Of a stretch of DNA of 64,000 nt, positions 30,185 through 39,509 are shown piece by piece. Location: positions 10,381 to 74,380 of the forward strand of contig JAZTXZ010000109.1 of NCBI GenBank assembly GCA_045636685.1. The letters run 5' to 3'. Each line of letters begins with the position of its first letter. Within the stretch, counting starts at the first letter, position 1. The DNA is from Candidatus Avispirillum sp. Lineage in GTDB: Bacteria; Bacillota; Clostridia; Oscillospirales; CAG-272. The translations under genes were made by a program, and so were the position numbers. The notes under the pieces are model-generated. The model ran no database searches, was not told the origin of the DNA, and saw nothing but the letters and a program-made list of their open reading frames with translations.

Positions 30185-32239
30185 TTACTCCTTTCCTTCT
30201 TTTTTAGACTTTGTCATAAGAAGACCGATCTCTTCCTTAGTTGCAGTTCTACCGTCAACCATGCCTGTGATACGTCCCGAGCCGATTACCATGATTCGGT
30301 CACAAAGCTCAAGAAGAACATCAAGGTCCTCTCCGACGAAAATTATGCAAACGCCCTTCTCTTTCTGCTCATTGAGAAGGTTATAGATAAGATAAGAGGA
30401 GTTGATATCAAGTCCTCTTACGGGATAAGCTACCATAAGGACCTTAGGGGAGGATGCGATCTCTCGGCCTACAAGGACCTTCTGAACATTACCGCCGGAA
30501 AGACGGCGGACGGGAGTTGTTGCGCCGGGGGTTACAACCTCAAGATCACTGATTATCTTCTGAGCAAGATCCTTGGGATCCTTTCTCTTGAGGAACACGC
30601 CACGGCCCTTGGAATAGCTGCGGAGCATCATATTATCTACGATATCCATATTACCTACAAGACCCATACCCAGTCTGTCCTCGGGAACAAAGGAAAGACG
30701 GACACCAAGCTCTCTGATCTGCATGGGAGTAAGATCGCGGAGATTCTCCACAGGCTTCTGCTCCTTGATTATGCTTCTATCGGGCTTAAGCTTCAGTTCT
30801 CTTACGATCTCGAAATCCTCGCGGTTATTCTTTACGTAAATGAAGTTCGAAAGATAGATAAAGAAGGAAACGGGATTAAAGAAAAGATAAAGGATAAGCA
30901 TTCCCACGCTGCTTTCGTGCTGAACTGCGCGGTTACAGCTGCTATAGTTAAGTCTGTCTATACATTCCTTGATCTTTATCTCATTGGACTTATTCACAGA
31001 AGACCAGACAAAGGAAAGAACACTTCCGAGAAGAAGGAAAAGAGGAACTACAACATCTGCATTTCCAAACTCTCCGCTGACAGCCTTGAGAGCTATGAGA
31101 ATAGCTGCACCGAGGATGCCAAAGACACCGACAATATTGAAGAACCACTTTCCGATCTTATTGACCAGATACTCAAGCTTGAATTTCTTGCAGAACTTAT
31201 TATAAAGGCTCTGGAGCTCTTTTGTTTTTTCCTCACCGTAGTTATTTTCAACCTTAGGCTGTACCGGATTATGATAATAGATCTCGCCCTCATTTATATG
31301 CTGGAGGCCCGCAATAGCCTCGAGAAGCTCTCTCTGTCCGCTTCCCGCAATACCTGCGATACCGAGGATCTCTCCTCCCTTTGCAGTAAATGAAACGTTA
31401 TCAAGGACAACAGAGCCCTGACGGTCGGTGCAAGTCAGATTTTTGACCTCAAGTCTGTCTGTTGCATCCTTTACGTCTGTTCTGTTGATATTGAGCTCGA
31501 TCTTTTTGCCAACCATCATTTCTGTAAGCTCAGATTCACTTGTCTCTGAGGTGTTTACAGTACCCACGTATTCACCCTTACGGAGAACAGCAACTCTATC
31601 GGAAAGAGAAAGCACCTCATGGAGCTTATGGGTGATGATGATGATACACTTACCGTCGTCACGCATACGGCGAAGAATATCAAAAAGCTTAGTGGTTTCC
31701 TGAGGAGTAAGCACGGCGGTGGGCTCGTCCAGAATAAGGATATCCGCGCCGCGGTAAAGCACCTTGATTATCTCAACGGTCTGCTTTTCGGAAACGGACA
31801 TTGTATATACCTTTTTCTCGGTATCAAGTTCAAAACCGTACTGAGCGCTGATCTGTGTTATCTCCTCTGTGGATTTTTTCAGATTATACTTGCCGTCCTC
31901 AATACCGAGAACTATATTCTCTGCCGCAGAGAACACATCAACAAGCTTGAAATGCTGATGGATCATACCGATTCTGTAATTAAAGGCATCCTTTGGGGAT
32001 GCAATAACTACCTGTTCTCCGTTTACGCTGATGGAACCCTCATCGGGGAAATAGATACCTGAGATCATATTCATGAGGGTGGTCTTTCCGCTTCCGTTTT
32101 CACCCAGAATAGAAAGTATCTCCCCATGGTATGCAGTAAGGCTGACGTTCTTGTTTGCTACCACCTTACCAAATCTTTTGGTTATATTTTTTAGTTCAAT
32201 AGCAGGCTGTTTTGTCACAGTTGGCCTCCTTTTTATCAT
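30185..32239 (-). CDS. ABC importer ATPase with duplicated NBDs and a ~170-aa hydrophobic insertion in NBD2
   Basis: NBD1 has GENGSGKTT, SVSEKQTVEI and ILILDEPT. NBD2 has GIAGSGQRE, LSGGNVQKV and VLMVAYPVRGLD. The protein is 684 aa, longer than I would expect for this family of double-NBD importer ATPases (from memory, not checked). Confidence 0.9.
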   Translation of the reverse strand: MIKRRPTVTKQPAIELKNITKRFGKVVANKNVSLTAYHGEILSILGENGSGKTTLMNMISGIYFPDEGSISVNGEQVVIASPKDAFNYRIGMIHQHFKLVDVFSAAENIVLGIEDGKYNLKKSTEEITQISAQYGFELDTEKKVYTMSVSEKQTVEIIKVLYRGADILILDEPTAVLTPQETTKLFDILRRMRDDGKCIIIITHKLHEVLSLSDRVAVLRKGEYVGTVNTSETSESELTEMMVGKKIELNINRTDVKDATDRLEVKNLTCTDRQGSVVLDNVSFTAKGGEILGIAGIAGSGQRELLEAIAGLQHINEGEIYYHNPVQPKVENNYGEEKTKELQSLYNKFCKKFKLEYLVNKIGKWFFNIVGVFGILGAAILIALKAVSGEFGNADVVVPLFLLLGSVLSFVWSSVNKSNEIKIKECIDRLNYSSCNRAVQHESSVGMLILYLFFNPVSFFIYLSNFIYVKNNREDFEIVRELKLKPDRSIIKEQKPVENLRDLTPMQIRELGVRLSFVPEDRLGMGLVGNMDIVDNMMLRSYSKGRGVFLKRKDPKDLAQKIISDLEVVTPGATTPVRRLSGGNVQKVLVGREIASSPKVLMVAYPVRGLDINSSYLIYNLLNEQKEKGVCIIFVGEDLDVLLELCDRIMVIGSGRITGMVDGRTATKEEIGLLMTKSKKEGKE

Positions 32240-32334
32240 AGCTTTTAAGAATATGTCCGAACTTCGGGCACATTCTTAAAAACCATGATAAGGCGAGGAA
32301 AGATTTCCCCGCCTTATACAGTTTTTCGTTAGTA

Positions 32335-33570
32335 TTAGCCGTAGTTTCTGTCAAGAAGAGTGATACCGTCGATCTCGATATCGAAGTAAGGAGCAGAACG
32401 GTGCTTGGACTCATAGAAAATGCCGTCCTCAATAACCTCTGTATCCTTCTCGAAGTTTGCGTCGGTATCAACGTCTGCCATGTAAGAAGTGATAGTCTCA
32501 CCGCCTACTGTGAAGTTCTTTGTATCAAATACGTGGATAGTACCGTCAAGAAGACCCTTCTTAACTTCAGCGATCTTATCTGCAGTGCCTTCAGCAGCAG
32601 CCTTATCGTTGATGTCTGTGAGAAGAACGGACTCAGTGTTGATAGTACCTGTCCAGTCAGCCTCAATAGCCTTACCCTCTTCAACGCACTTGATCATATG
32701 CTCGAAGTAGGGAGCCCAGTTGATTCTGGAGGAAACGATAAATGTGTTGGGGCAAGCAGCTACTGTGGAGCCGTTGTAGGAAACGTTGGGAACGCCTGCG
32801 TTCTCACAAGCTGTGGGAGCGCCCATAGAGTCTGCATGCTGGCTGATAAGAACACAACCGCCGTTGATAAGAGCCTGAGCTGCTTCCTTCTCGAGCTGCT
32901 CGTCGTACCATGAACCTGTGAACTTAACGTCCATAGTTACAGAGGGACAAACGGACTTAGCACCGAGATAGAAGGATGTGTAGCCGGAAATAACCTCAGC
33001 GAATGTGAATGCGCCAACGTAGCCCATCTTAGCTTCTTCAGCCTTGATTGTGCCTGCGTCGATCATCTCGTTGAGCTTGAGGCCTGCAGCAACACCTGCA
33101 AGGAATCTACCCTCGTAGATAGATGCGAATGCATTGTGGAAGTTGTCAAGACCTGCTGTGTGTGCCTGTGTACCTGTTGCGTGGCAGAACTGAACGTCCT
33201 TGTACTCCTCTGCAGCCTGCATAAGGAAGGACTCGTGGCCAAAGCTGTCTGCGAAAATAACGTTACAGCCATCAACCTCGATAAGCTCTACTGCTGCGTC
33301 ATAGCACTTTGTGGACTCGGGGATCTGAGTCTTCTGTGCATACTCAACGCCCATAGCCTCGCATGCAGCCTTTGCAGCGTCCATGAAGTTCTTGTCGTAT
33401 GTGGAGTTTTCGTCGTGAAGGAAGATGAAGCCTACCTTAACTTCAACCTTGTCATCACCCTTGTTGTCGTCGCCCTTGTTGTCGCCGCCCTTGTTACCGC
33501 ATGCCGCAAATGCGAACATGGAAACAACCATGAGAGCTGCGAGAAGAAGCGCCATAATTCTTCTGCTCAT
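32335..33570 (-). CDS. BMP-family (PnrA/TmpC-like) lipoprotein, nucleoside/purine-binding component of the ABC importer
   Basis: Lipobox MALLLAALMVVSMFAFAACG, a GDNKGDDNKGDDK linker, and BMP-family core motifs (GFIFLHD.., GYVGAF). Confidence 0.9.
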   Translation of the reverse strand: MSRRIMALLLAALMVVSMFAFAACGNKGGDNKGDDNKGDDKVEVKVGFIFLHDENSTYDKNFMDAAKAACEAMGVEYAQKTQIPESTKCYDAAVELIEVDGCNVIFADSFGHESFLMQAAEEYKDVQFCHATGTQAHTAGLDNFHNAFASIYEGRFLAGVAAGLKLNEMIDAGTIKAEEAKMGYVGAFTFAEVISGYTSFYLGAKSVCPSVTMDVKFTGSWYDEQLEKEAAQALINGGCVLISQHADSMGAPTACENAGVPNVSYNGSTVAACPNTFIVSSRINWAPYFEHMIKCVEEGKAIEADWTGTINTESVLLTDINDKAAAEGTADKIAEVKKGLLDGTIHVFDTKNFTVGGETITSYMADVDTDANFEKDTEVIEDGIFYESKHRSAPYFDIEIDGITLLDRNYG

Positions 33571-33631
33571 TGGTTAATACCTCCGAAAAATTTAATTGTA
33601 TATTTTAGGGGATTTCTCCCTTAAAACCATA

Positions 33632-34207
33632 TCAGTCAGCAAATACAACGCCGCCGTCAACGCTCATAGAAGCAACTCTTGCAAGAGATTCAACCCTGTA
33701 GCCCTTGCCTCTGATAAGCTCGCCGCCGCACTGATAAGCCTTTTCAACTGCAATGCCGATGCCCTTTACCTCTGCGCCCGCATCCTCACAAAGAGAGATA
33801 AGACCCTCAAGAGCCTTACCGTTTGCCAAAAAGTCATCAATGATGAGAACCTTGTCCCCTGCATTCAGAAACTCCTTGGAAACAATGATATCGTAAACAG
33901 TCTTATGAGTAAAGGATTCCACTTTTGAGGTGTAAACATCCGCTGAGATATTGACGGTCTTCGTTTTTTTTGCGAATACCACGGGAACGCCGAACTCAGG
34001 CGCCGCAATACAGGCAATACCGATACCGGATGCCTCTATTGTGAGGATCTTTGTTATCTCTTCACCCTCAAAAAGGCGCTTCCATTCAAGAGCCAGTTCG
34101 CGGATAAAGGGAACGTCTATCTGATGGTTGAGAAAGCTGTCTACTTTAAGAACATTTCCCTCAAAAACCTTACCGTCTTTTCTTATTCTATCTTCCAGAA
34201 GCTTCAT
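33632..34207 (-). CDS. xpt: Xanthine phosphoribosyltransferase
   Basis: [27 protein letters not shown]-terminus and PRPP motif [11 protein letters not shown]. Confidence 0.9.
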   Translation of the reverse strand: MKLLEDRIRKDGKVFEGNVLKVDSFLNHQIDVPFIRELALEWKRLFEGEEITKILTIEASGIGIACIAAPEFGVPVVFAKKTKTVNISADVYTSKVESFTHKTVYDIIVSKEFLNAGDKVLIIDDFLANGKALEGLISLCEDAGAEVKGIGIAVEKAYQCGGELIRGKGYRVESLARVASMSVDGGVVFAD

Positions 34208-34254
34208 TTTGTACCCTCACTAATAAAAAATAAACAATATCTTCAATCTACCAC

Positions 34255-34283
34255 ATTATACTATGTTTCGTCTCTTATTGCAA
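34255..34283 (-). promoter_or_regulatory. Candidate sigma-70 promoter of xpt
   Basis: On the minus strand: TTGCAA (34283-34278), 17-nt spacer, TATAAT (34260-34255). This leaves a ~45-nt leader to the ATG. Confidence 0.55.
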
Positions 34284-34340
34284 CAACAGTTTTAATAAAA
34301 TATCATTTTTCGGCAAAAAATTATTAATATTTTTTGGCAA

Positions 34341-34378
34341 AAAGAAGAAAACCGCCGAAAGGCGGTTTTCTTCTTTTC
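34341..34378 (-). terminator. Terminator after the cysteine desulfurase gene
   Basis: Stem aaaccgcc / ggcggttt with flanking A/T runs. Confidence 0.7.
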
Positions 34379-34380
34379 TC

Positions 34381-35520
34381 TCAGTTCTTCAGATGCTTTT
34401 CAAGGGCGCTGACAAATATTTCAGCTTCTCTTTCAGAGGTGAGCGGGCCTGCACTTACTCTTACGGCACCGTCCTCTGGCGTATTTAAAGTTTTATGAGC
34501 AAGAGGAGCACAATGAAGCCCCGGACGGGTGCAAACTCCCATTTCAGAAAGCTTTTGAGATGTTTTCTGCGAGCTTTCTCCCCTCACACAAAAGAGCCAT
34601 ATATTTCCCTTTCCCTTACTGTATGTCAGAATTTTATCACTTTTCATAAAATGCGCTCTGATCCTCTCCATAAGAAAGGCCTCTCTTTGGAATATATCAA
34701 AGGTTCCGCGCTTTTCAATATATTTCAATCCTTCGCACAGACCTGCCACGGCAGGGGTAGGCATCGTTCCTCCCTCAAGCCTGTCGGGCAGAATTCCCGG
34801 CATATGGGCTTCCCTTGAAAGAGATCCGCTTCCACCATGAACAAAGGGACGAGGCACTTCATCCGAAGAAAACATTGCTATTCCAACGCCCTGTGGGCCA
34901 AGGAGCCCCTTATGCCCCGCCATACACAGCGCAGATATCCCGCTTCTTTCCATATCTATTCTGTGAGCACCTGCGCTTTGAGAGCCATCAACGATCAGCT
35001 TTATCCCTCTCGATTTTGCAAATCTGCCTATTCGTTCAATAGGCAGAACTCTGTTTGTAATATTTGAAGCATGGGTACAAACTATAACTTTTGTTTCTCT
35101 TTTTAACATGCTTTTTATATTATCCAAAACGTTCCCATCTGTTTCAAAAATGCTGTAAGTGATCTTTCCTATACTTCTCAAATACTCTATCGGGCGAAGC
35201 ACGCTGTTATGCTCAAGATCCGATATCAGAACATGGCTACCGTCCTCGATCATTCCGTTTATTGCCATATTCAGAGCATAGGTTGCGTTTAAAGTAAAAA
35301 CAACCCCGTCAGACCACGGACAGCCAAACAGTCTTGCTGCTCTCTCCCTTGCCTCATATAGCTTTTCCGATGCCTTCAGCGCAAGGGTATGACTGCCGCG
35401 GCCCGGATTTCCGCAATATTCAAGGATGCACCTACGCATCTCCTCTGCAACCTCAGGAGGTTTTCTGAAAGTTGTTGCGGCATTATCAAAATAGCATATA
35501 TCAGTCACGGCTGTCTCCAA
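34381..35520 (-). CDS. Class-V aminotransferase-fold PLP enzyme (cysteine desulfurase / selenocysteine lyase family)
   Basis: 379 aa. YFDNAATT N-terminus and PLP-lysine context CMAGHKGLLGPQG. Confidence 0.85.
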   Translation of the reverse strand: METAVTDICYFDNAATTFRKPPEVAEEMRRCILEYCGNPGRGSHTLALKASEKLYEARERAARLFGCPWSDGVVFTLNATYALNMAINGMIEDGSHVLISDLEHNSVLRPIEYLRSIGKITYSIFETDGNVLDNIKSMLKRETKVIVCTHASNITNRVLPIERIGRFAKSRGIKLIVDGSQSAGAHRIDMERSGISALCMAGHKGLLGPQGVGIAMFSSDEVPRPFVHGGSGSLSREAHMPGILPDRLEGGTMPTPAVAGLCEGLKYIEKRGTFDIFQREAFLMERIRAHFMKSDKILTYSKGKGNIWLFCVRGESSQKTSQKLSEMGVCTRPGLHCAPLAHKTLNTPEDGAVRVSAGPLTSEREAEIFVSALEKHLKN

Positions 35521-35725
35521 TCATTACGCCGTATCCTATATTTGCAAGTCCAAGTATGCCCTTGACCTCCGCAACATCCGAGCAAGGAAAGCTTATACCG
35601 TATGCACATCCGTTCTTTGTAAGCGTTTTGTCAAGGCTCACGATCTCGCACTGTATACCCGCACGTTCTACTGCATTCCTTCCTCTGATTGCTTTTGTCA
35701 TGGTTTTCATTGTTACTATGCACAT
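35501..35725 (-). CDS. DUF3343-like small protein (putative S/Se carrier-associated)
   Basis: 74 aa. The KAIRGRNAVERAGIQCEIVSLDKTLTKNGCAYGISF pattern is typical of DUF3343. It overlaps the desulfurase gene by 20 nt. Confidence 0.6.
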   Translation of the reverse strand: MCIVTMKTMTKAIRGRNAVERAGIQCEIVSLDKTLTKNGCAYGISFPCSDVAEVKGILGLANIGYGVMIGDSRD

Positions 35726-35841
35726 TCTTTTTCTCCTTCAATTTTATATCTGAATCACATCCCTTAACATTCTATTCAAACAGAGGGAGAAATGTACTGC
35801 TTTTACATGTATGATCTTACCAGTCAGAAAGGAGGAAAAGC

Positions 35842-36111
35842 TTGACAAAGAAAAAAAGAATGAGGCGCAATGAAAAAAAGCTGACTCGGGCAGTTGACAC
35901 CATCGCCTCAATAATCGAATCCATAGCATCGTCTATGAAGGGGGAGATAGACAGCGGAGGTAATTGGGATATCAAACAACTAAAAGAGCTGACAGGTGCC
36001 GCAAAAGAGCTTTCCGTGCTGATATGCGCGCTGAACACCGACGGTGATGAAAAGACGGGGGATCATATCACCGTTTACTTTGAAGGAGACAGCAAGGAAT
36101 GGGCACAGTGA
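35842..36111 (+). CDS. Small phage-associated protein upstream of the terminase (function unknown; small-terminase role not demonstrable)
   Basis: 89 aa. TTG start 6 nt after AAAGGAGG; 13-nt overlap with terL. Confidence 0.4.
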   Translation: MTKKKRMRRNEKKLTRAVDTIASIIESIASSMKGEIDSGGNWDIKQLKELTGAAKELSVLICALNTDGDEKTGDHITVYFEGDSKEWAQ

Positions 36112-37496
36112 CCCTTGCTCTTCCCTCGCCTTCTGAAAGGCAAAGGGAATTTCTGAGAGATCGTCACCGCTATATCGCCTTTGGCGGCGCACGGGGCGGC
36201 GGAAAAAGCTTCGCCGTTCGTATCAAGGCGGCTCTCCTTGCACTGAACTATCCTAAAATACACATTATGATCGTGCGCCGGACTTATCCCGAGCTTCGGC
36301 AAAACCATATTATCCCAATGAAAGAGCTTCTTGCGGGAGTTGCCGTATATAAAGAAACATCAAAGGATATGACATTTAATTGCGGGTCTGTCATATCATT
36401 CCGATACTGCCGCAACATTTGCGACCTTGACAAATTTCAAGGAACGGAATGCGATATTCTCTTTATCGATGAAGCTACTCAGTTTACAGAAGAGATGTAC
36501 GACAGGATCAAGGCATGCGTCAGAGGCGTTAACAGTTTCCCCAAGCGTATCTATCTGACATGTAACCCGGGCGGCCGCGGACACGGCTGGGTGAAAAGAC
36601 TGTTTATCGACGGTGCCATGAAAGCGGGAGAGAATCCCGAAGATTACTTTTTTATAAGATCTCTTGTGACTGACAATAAAGCCCTTATGCGAGATGACCC
36701 GAATTACATAAAGGCCCTTGAATCTTTGCCTCCAAAGCTGAAAAGCGCATGGCTTGACGGAAACTGGGATATTTTTGAGGGCCAGTTTTTTGAAGAGTTT
36801 TCAAATGACCCAAAACATTACCATGACAGAAAAAGCACTCACGTTATCGATCCCTTTGAGATCCCCCGCGACTGGATCATATACAGAAGCTTTGACTTCG
36901 GCTACTCCAAGCCCTTCTCCTGCGACTGGTGGGCTATTGACTATGAAGGCAGAGCCTATCTTATTTTACAGCTGTATGGCTGTAACGGCACCCCAAACGA
37001 AGGAGTCAAATGGGATCCGGACAGGATATTCCGAGAAATCCACCGCATAGAAACAGAGCACCGCTGGCTCAGGGGAAAGAACATTACCGGAGTTGCCGAC
37101 CCTTCCATCTGGGATGCTTCCCGCGGAGATGCCATCATTGAATCCGCTGACCGCAATTTCGTTCACTTCTATCCGGGAGACAACAAGCGTATCCCGGGCT
37201 GGATGCAATGCCACTACAGGTTATCCTTTGACGAAAACGGATATCCCATGGTATATTTTTTCAATACATGCCGCGATGCGGTTCGCACTCTCCCCCTTCT
37301 CACATATTCGGAAAACTCCCCAGAAGATCTGGATACTGACGGAGAAGATCATTTTGCCGATTCCTTCCGTTACTTCTGTATGAGCAGACCCGTGAAGCCG
37401 AAATATGCAGGCAATACAGACACCTTGACAGACGACCCTCTTAATCTTCTAAACGATAAGACCCTATACCCACACTACACATATTTATCGCCTTAA
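36099..37496 (+). CDS. Phage terminase large subunit
   Basis: Walker A GGARGGGKS, Walker B-like ILFIDEATQ, C-terminal nuclease-type region; 465 aa. Confidence 0.9.
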   Translation: MGTVTLALPSPSERQREFLRDRHRYIAFGGARGGGKSFAVRIKAALLALNYPKIHIMIVRRTYPELRQNHIIPMKELLAGVAVYKETSKDMTFNCGSVISFRYCRNICDLDKFQGTECDILFIDEATQFTEEMYDRIKACVRGVNSFPKRIYLTCNPGGRGHGWVKRLFIDGAMKAGENPEDYFFIRSLVTDNKALMRDDPNYIKALESLPPKLKSAWLDGNWDIFEGQFFEEFSNDPKHYHDRKSTHVIDPFEIPRDWIIYRSFDFGYSKPFSCDWWAIDYEGRAYLILQLYGCNGTPNEGVKWDPDRIFREIHRIETEHRWLRGKNITGVADPSIWDASRGDAIIESADRNFVHFYPGDNKRIPGWMQCHYRLSFDENGYPMVYFFNTCRDAVRTLPLLTYSENSPEDLDTDGEDHFADSFRYFCMSRPVKPKYAGNTDTLTDDPLNLLNDKTLYPHYTYLSP

Positions 37497-37514
37497 GGCT
37501 AAAGAAAGGACATT

Positions 37515-39131
37515 ATGAGTATTTTTAAAATCAAAGACGAAGCAAAACAAAAGCCTATCAAAAACGAGCACGCAAGAGAAGCATACGCCACTTTGCAGCG
37601 CTATAAGGCAGGAAAAGCATCTCTCGAGGCAAGGATCATTGAAAATGAGCAATGGTGGAGAATGCGCCACTACAATTTTGACGCAGGCACAACCCCTTCG
37701 GCATGGCTTTTCAATTCTATTATCAACAAGCACGCAGACGCCATGGACAACCTTCCCACCGTTGCTTGTCTGCCAAGGGAAGAAAGGGATATAAGCGCAT
37801 CAAAGCTCCTTTCAGACATTCTTCCCGTCATTCTCGAGGAAAACAAATTTGAAAACACATACTCCGAATGCTGGTATGACAAGCTTAAAAGCGGAAGCGC
37901 CTGCTACGGCGTTTTCTGGAACCGTTCTTTTGACGGAGGGCTTGGAAACATTGATATCAGACGCATTGATCTGCTTGATCTTTTTTGGGAACCGGGAATC
38001 ACAAACATTCAGGATTCAAGAAACATATTCCACGTTGAGCTTTGGGATAACGATATTCTGAAAAGCAAATATCCGCAGCTTGAAGATTGCCTTGCATCTC
38101 CCATATTCGATACCTCAAATTATATTTACGATGACGCTGTCGACACATCAAACAAAACTCATCTGATCGACTGGTACTACAAAAAGACAGTAAACGGCAG
38201 GGAAATCGTTCATTTTGCAAAGATTGCAAACGGCATTCTTCTATATGCATCGGAAAATGATGCCGTATACCGCGAAAGCGGATTTTATAATCACGGTAAA
38301 TATCCCTTTATTATCGACAAGCTGTACCCCGTTCAGGGTTCTCCCTGCGGATTCGGCATCATTGATGCCATGCGCTCTACTCAGGAGCAGATCGATACTC
38401 TCGGTTCAGCCATTATCAAAAACGCAAAAATGGCGGCAGAAAGAAGATACTTTGTCAGAGCGGACGGTTCTCTTAACGAAAAGGAATTTGCGGATTTTTC
38501 CCGTCCCTTCGTTCATTATCAGGGCTCCGGCGATCCCAATTCTTCGATCATGCCCATAAACACCCCCACACTCTCAGGTATTTATGTTTCCATACTGAAC
38601 AATAAAATCGATGAGTTGAAGGAAACAAGCGGCAATCGCGACTTTTCCCAGGGCTCCGTTACAGGAGGTGTCACAGCGGCGGCAGCGATCGCTGCTCTCC
38701 AGGAAGCGGGAAGCAAGACATCGAGAGATACTATTTCCGGCTCCTATCGCGCCTTTGAGGAGATATGCTCTATCGCTATCTGCCTTATAAGTCAGTTTTA
38801 TGAGATCCCCAGATGCTTTCGAATCACGGGGGAAGACTCTGCAATTGAGTTTATGTATGCACAAAAAAGCTGTTTCCCTCCTCTCAGTGATAAGATCCCT
38901 GTATTTGATATCAAAGTCAGAGCTCACAAAAAGTCTGCTTTTTCCAAGGCATCTGTTAATGAGCTTGCACTTGAGCTTTACAGGCTTGGGGCATTTAATC
39001 CCGAATATTCAAAGCAAGCGGAGATCCTTCTTTCTCTTATGGATTTTGAAGGAAAGGATGAGGCTCTTTCCGCTATACGCGAAAACAAAAGCCTTGCAAA
39101 TACTATAAGGACTCCTTCAGCTGTATTATGA
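37515..39131 (+). CDS. Phage portal protein
   Basis: 538 aa, directly after TerL. N-terminal YKAGKASLEARIIENEQWWRMRH is typical of SPP1-type portals as I recall them. Confidence 0.8.
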   Translation: MSIFKIKDEAKQKPIKNEHAREAYATLQRYKAGKASLEARIIENEQWWRMRHYNFDAGTTPSAWLFNSIINKHADAMDNLPTVACLPREERDISASKLLSDILPVILEENKFENTYSECWYDKLKSGSACYGVFWNRSFDGGLGNIDIRRIDLLDLFWEPGITNIQDSRNIFHVELWDNDILKSKYPQLEDCLASPIFDTSNYIYDDAVDTSNKTHLIDWYYKKTVNGREIVHFAKIANGILLYASENDAVYRESGFYNHGKYPFIIDKLYPVQGSPCGFGIIDAMRSTQEQIDTLGSAIIKNAKMAAERRYFVRADGSLNEKEFADFSRPFVHYQGSGDPNSSIMPINTPTLSGIYVSILNNKIDELKETSGNRDFSQGSVTGGVTAAAAIAALQEAGSKTSRDTISGSYRAFEEICSIAICLISQFYEIPRCFRITGEDSAIEFMYAQKSCFPPLSDKIPVFDIKVRAHKKSAFSKASVNELALELYRLGAFNPEYSKQAEILLSLMDFEGKDEALSAIRENKSLANTIRTPSAVL

Positions 39132-39454
39132 CACAGATAACATTTACACAATATTATGATACCTATCTTTTTGAATGCAAAGGTCATACGGGATATTCTT
39201 CGTGCGGCAGAGATATTCTCTGCTCTGCGGTTTCCTGCCTTTGCTATACCCTCGACAGATATCTGACGGGAGCGCGCGAAAAGGGACTAATTGAAAACTA
39301 CCGAAGTGATTTTTCCGAGGGAAACGTAAGCATATCATTTGAATATGCTGATATCAGCTTCCCATTTGCCGCTGAAGAGGCTGTGCGCGCAATTCTTGAA
39401 GGTTTTGTCCTTCTCTCGGAAAACTTTCCCGATCATATTTCAGCTGATATTTAA
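39128..39454 (+). CDS. Prp-like cysteine protease (DUF464, ribosomal-processing protease family; phage-encoded version)
   Basis: 108 aa. CKGHTGYSSCGRDILCSAVSCL matches the GH...G.D.vC..VS catalytic His/Cys pattern. 4-nt overlap with the portal gene. Confidence 0.7.
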   Translation: MTQITFTQYYDTYLFECKGHTGYSSCGRDILCSAVSCLCYTLDRYLTGAREKGLIENYRSDFSEGNVSISFEYADISFPFAAEEAVRAILEGFVLLSENFPDHISADI

Positions 39455-39480
39455 ACGATTTGTAGTTAATAGGTATTAAG

Positions 39481-39506
39481 AAAGGCGGACTCTCGTCCGC
39501 CTTTGG
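39481..39506 (+). terminator. Hairpin after the phage module
   Basis: Stem aaaggcggac / gtccgccttt; weak T-tract. Confidence 0.5.
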
Positions 39507-39509
39507 TTA

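Larger units (their letters stand above)
35842..39454 (+). mobile_element. Prophage remnant: isolated head-packaging module (small protein, TerL, portal, Prp-like protease) without capsid, tail, lysis or integrase genes
   Basis: Four co-oriented, overlapping or tightly spaced phage-type ORFs. Host genes lie on the left; a terminator plus a REP/MITE-like element lies on the right. Confidence 0.65.

Noticed and set aside
34208-34340. Expected purine (guanine) riboswitch upstream of xpt and the nucleoside ABC operon.
   Set aside because: The candidate promoter leaves only ~45 nt of leader. No UAUA...GGAUAUGG...CUACC-type purine-aptamer motifs are present on the minus strand.
35842-39454. Calling the phage genes a complete or inducible prophage, PICI or GTA.
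   Set aside because: No integrase, repressor, capsid, tail, lysis or att-like repeats were found in or next to the block. Only a remnant or packaging module can be supported.
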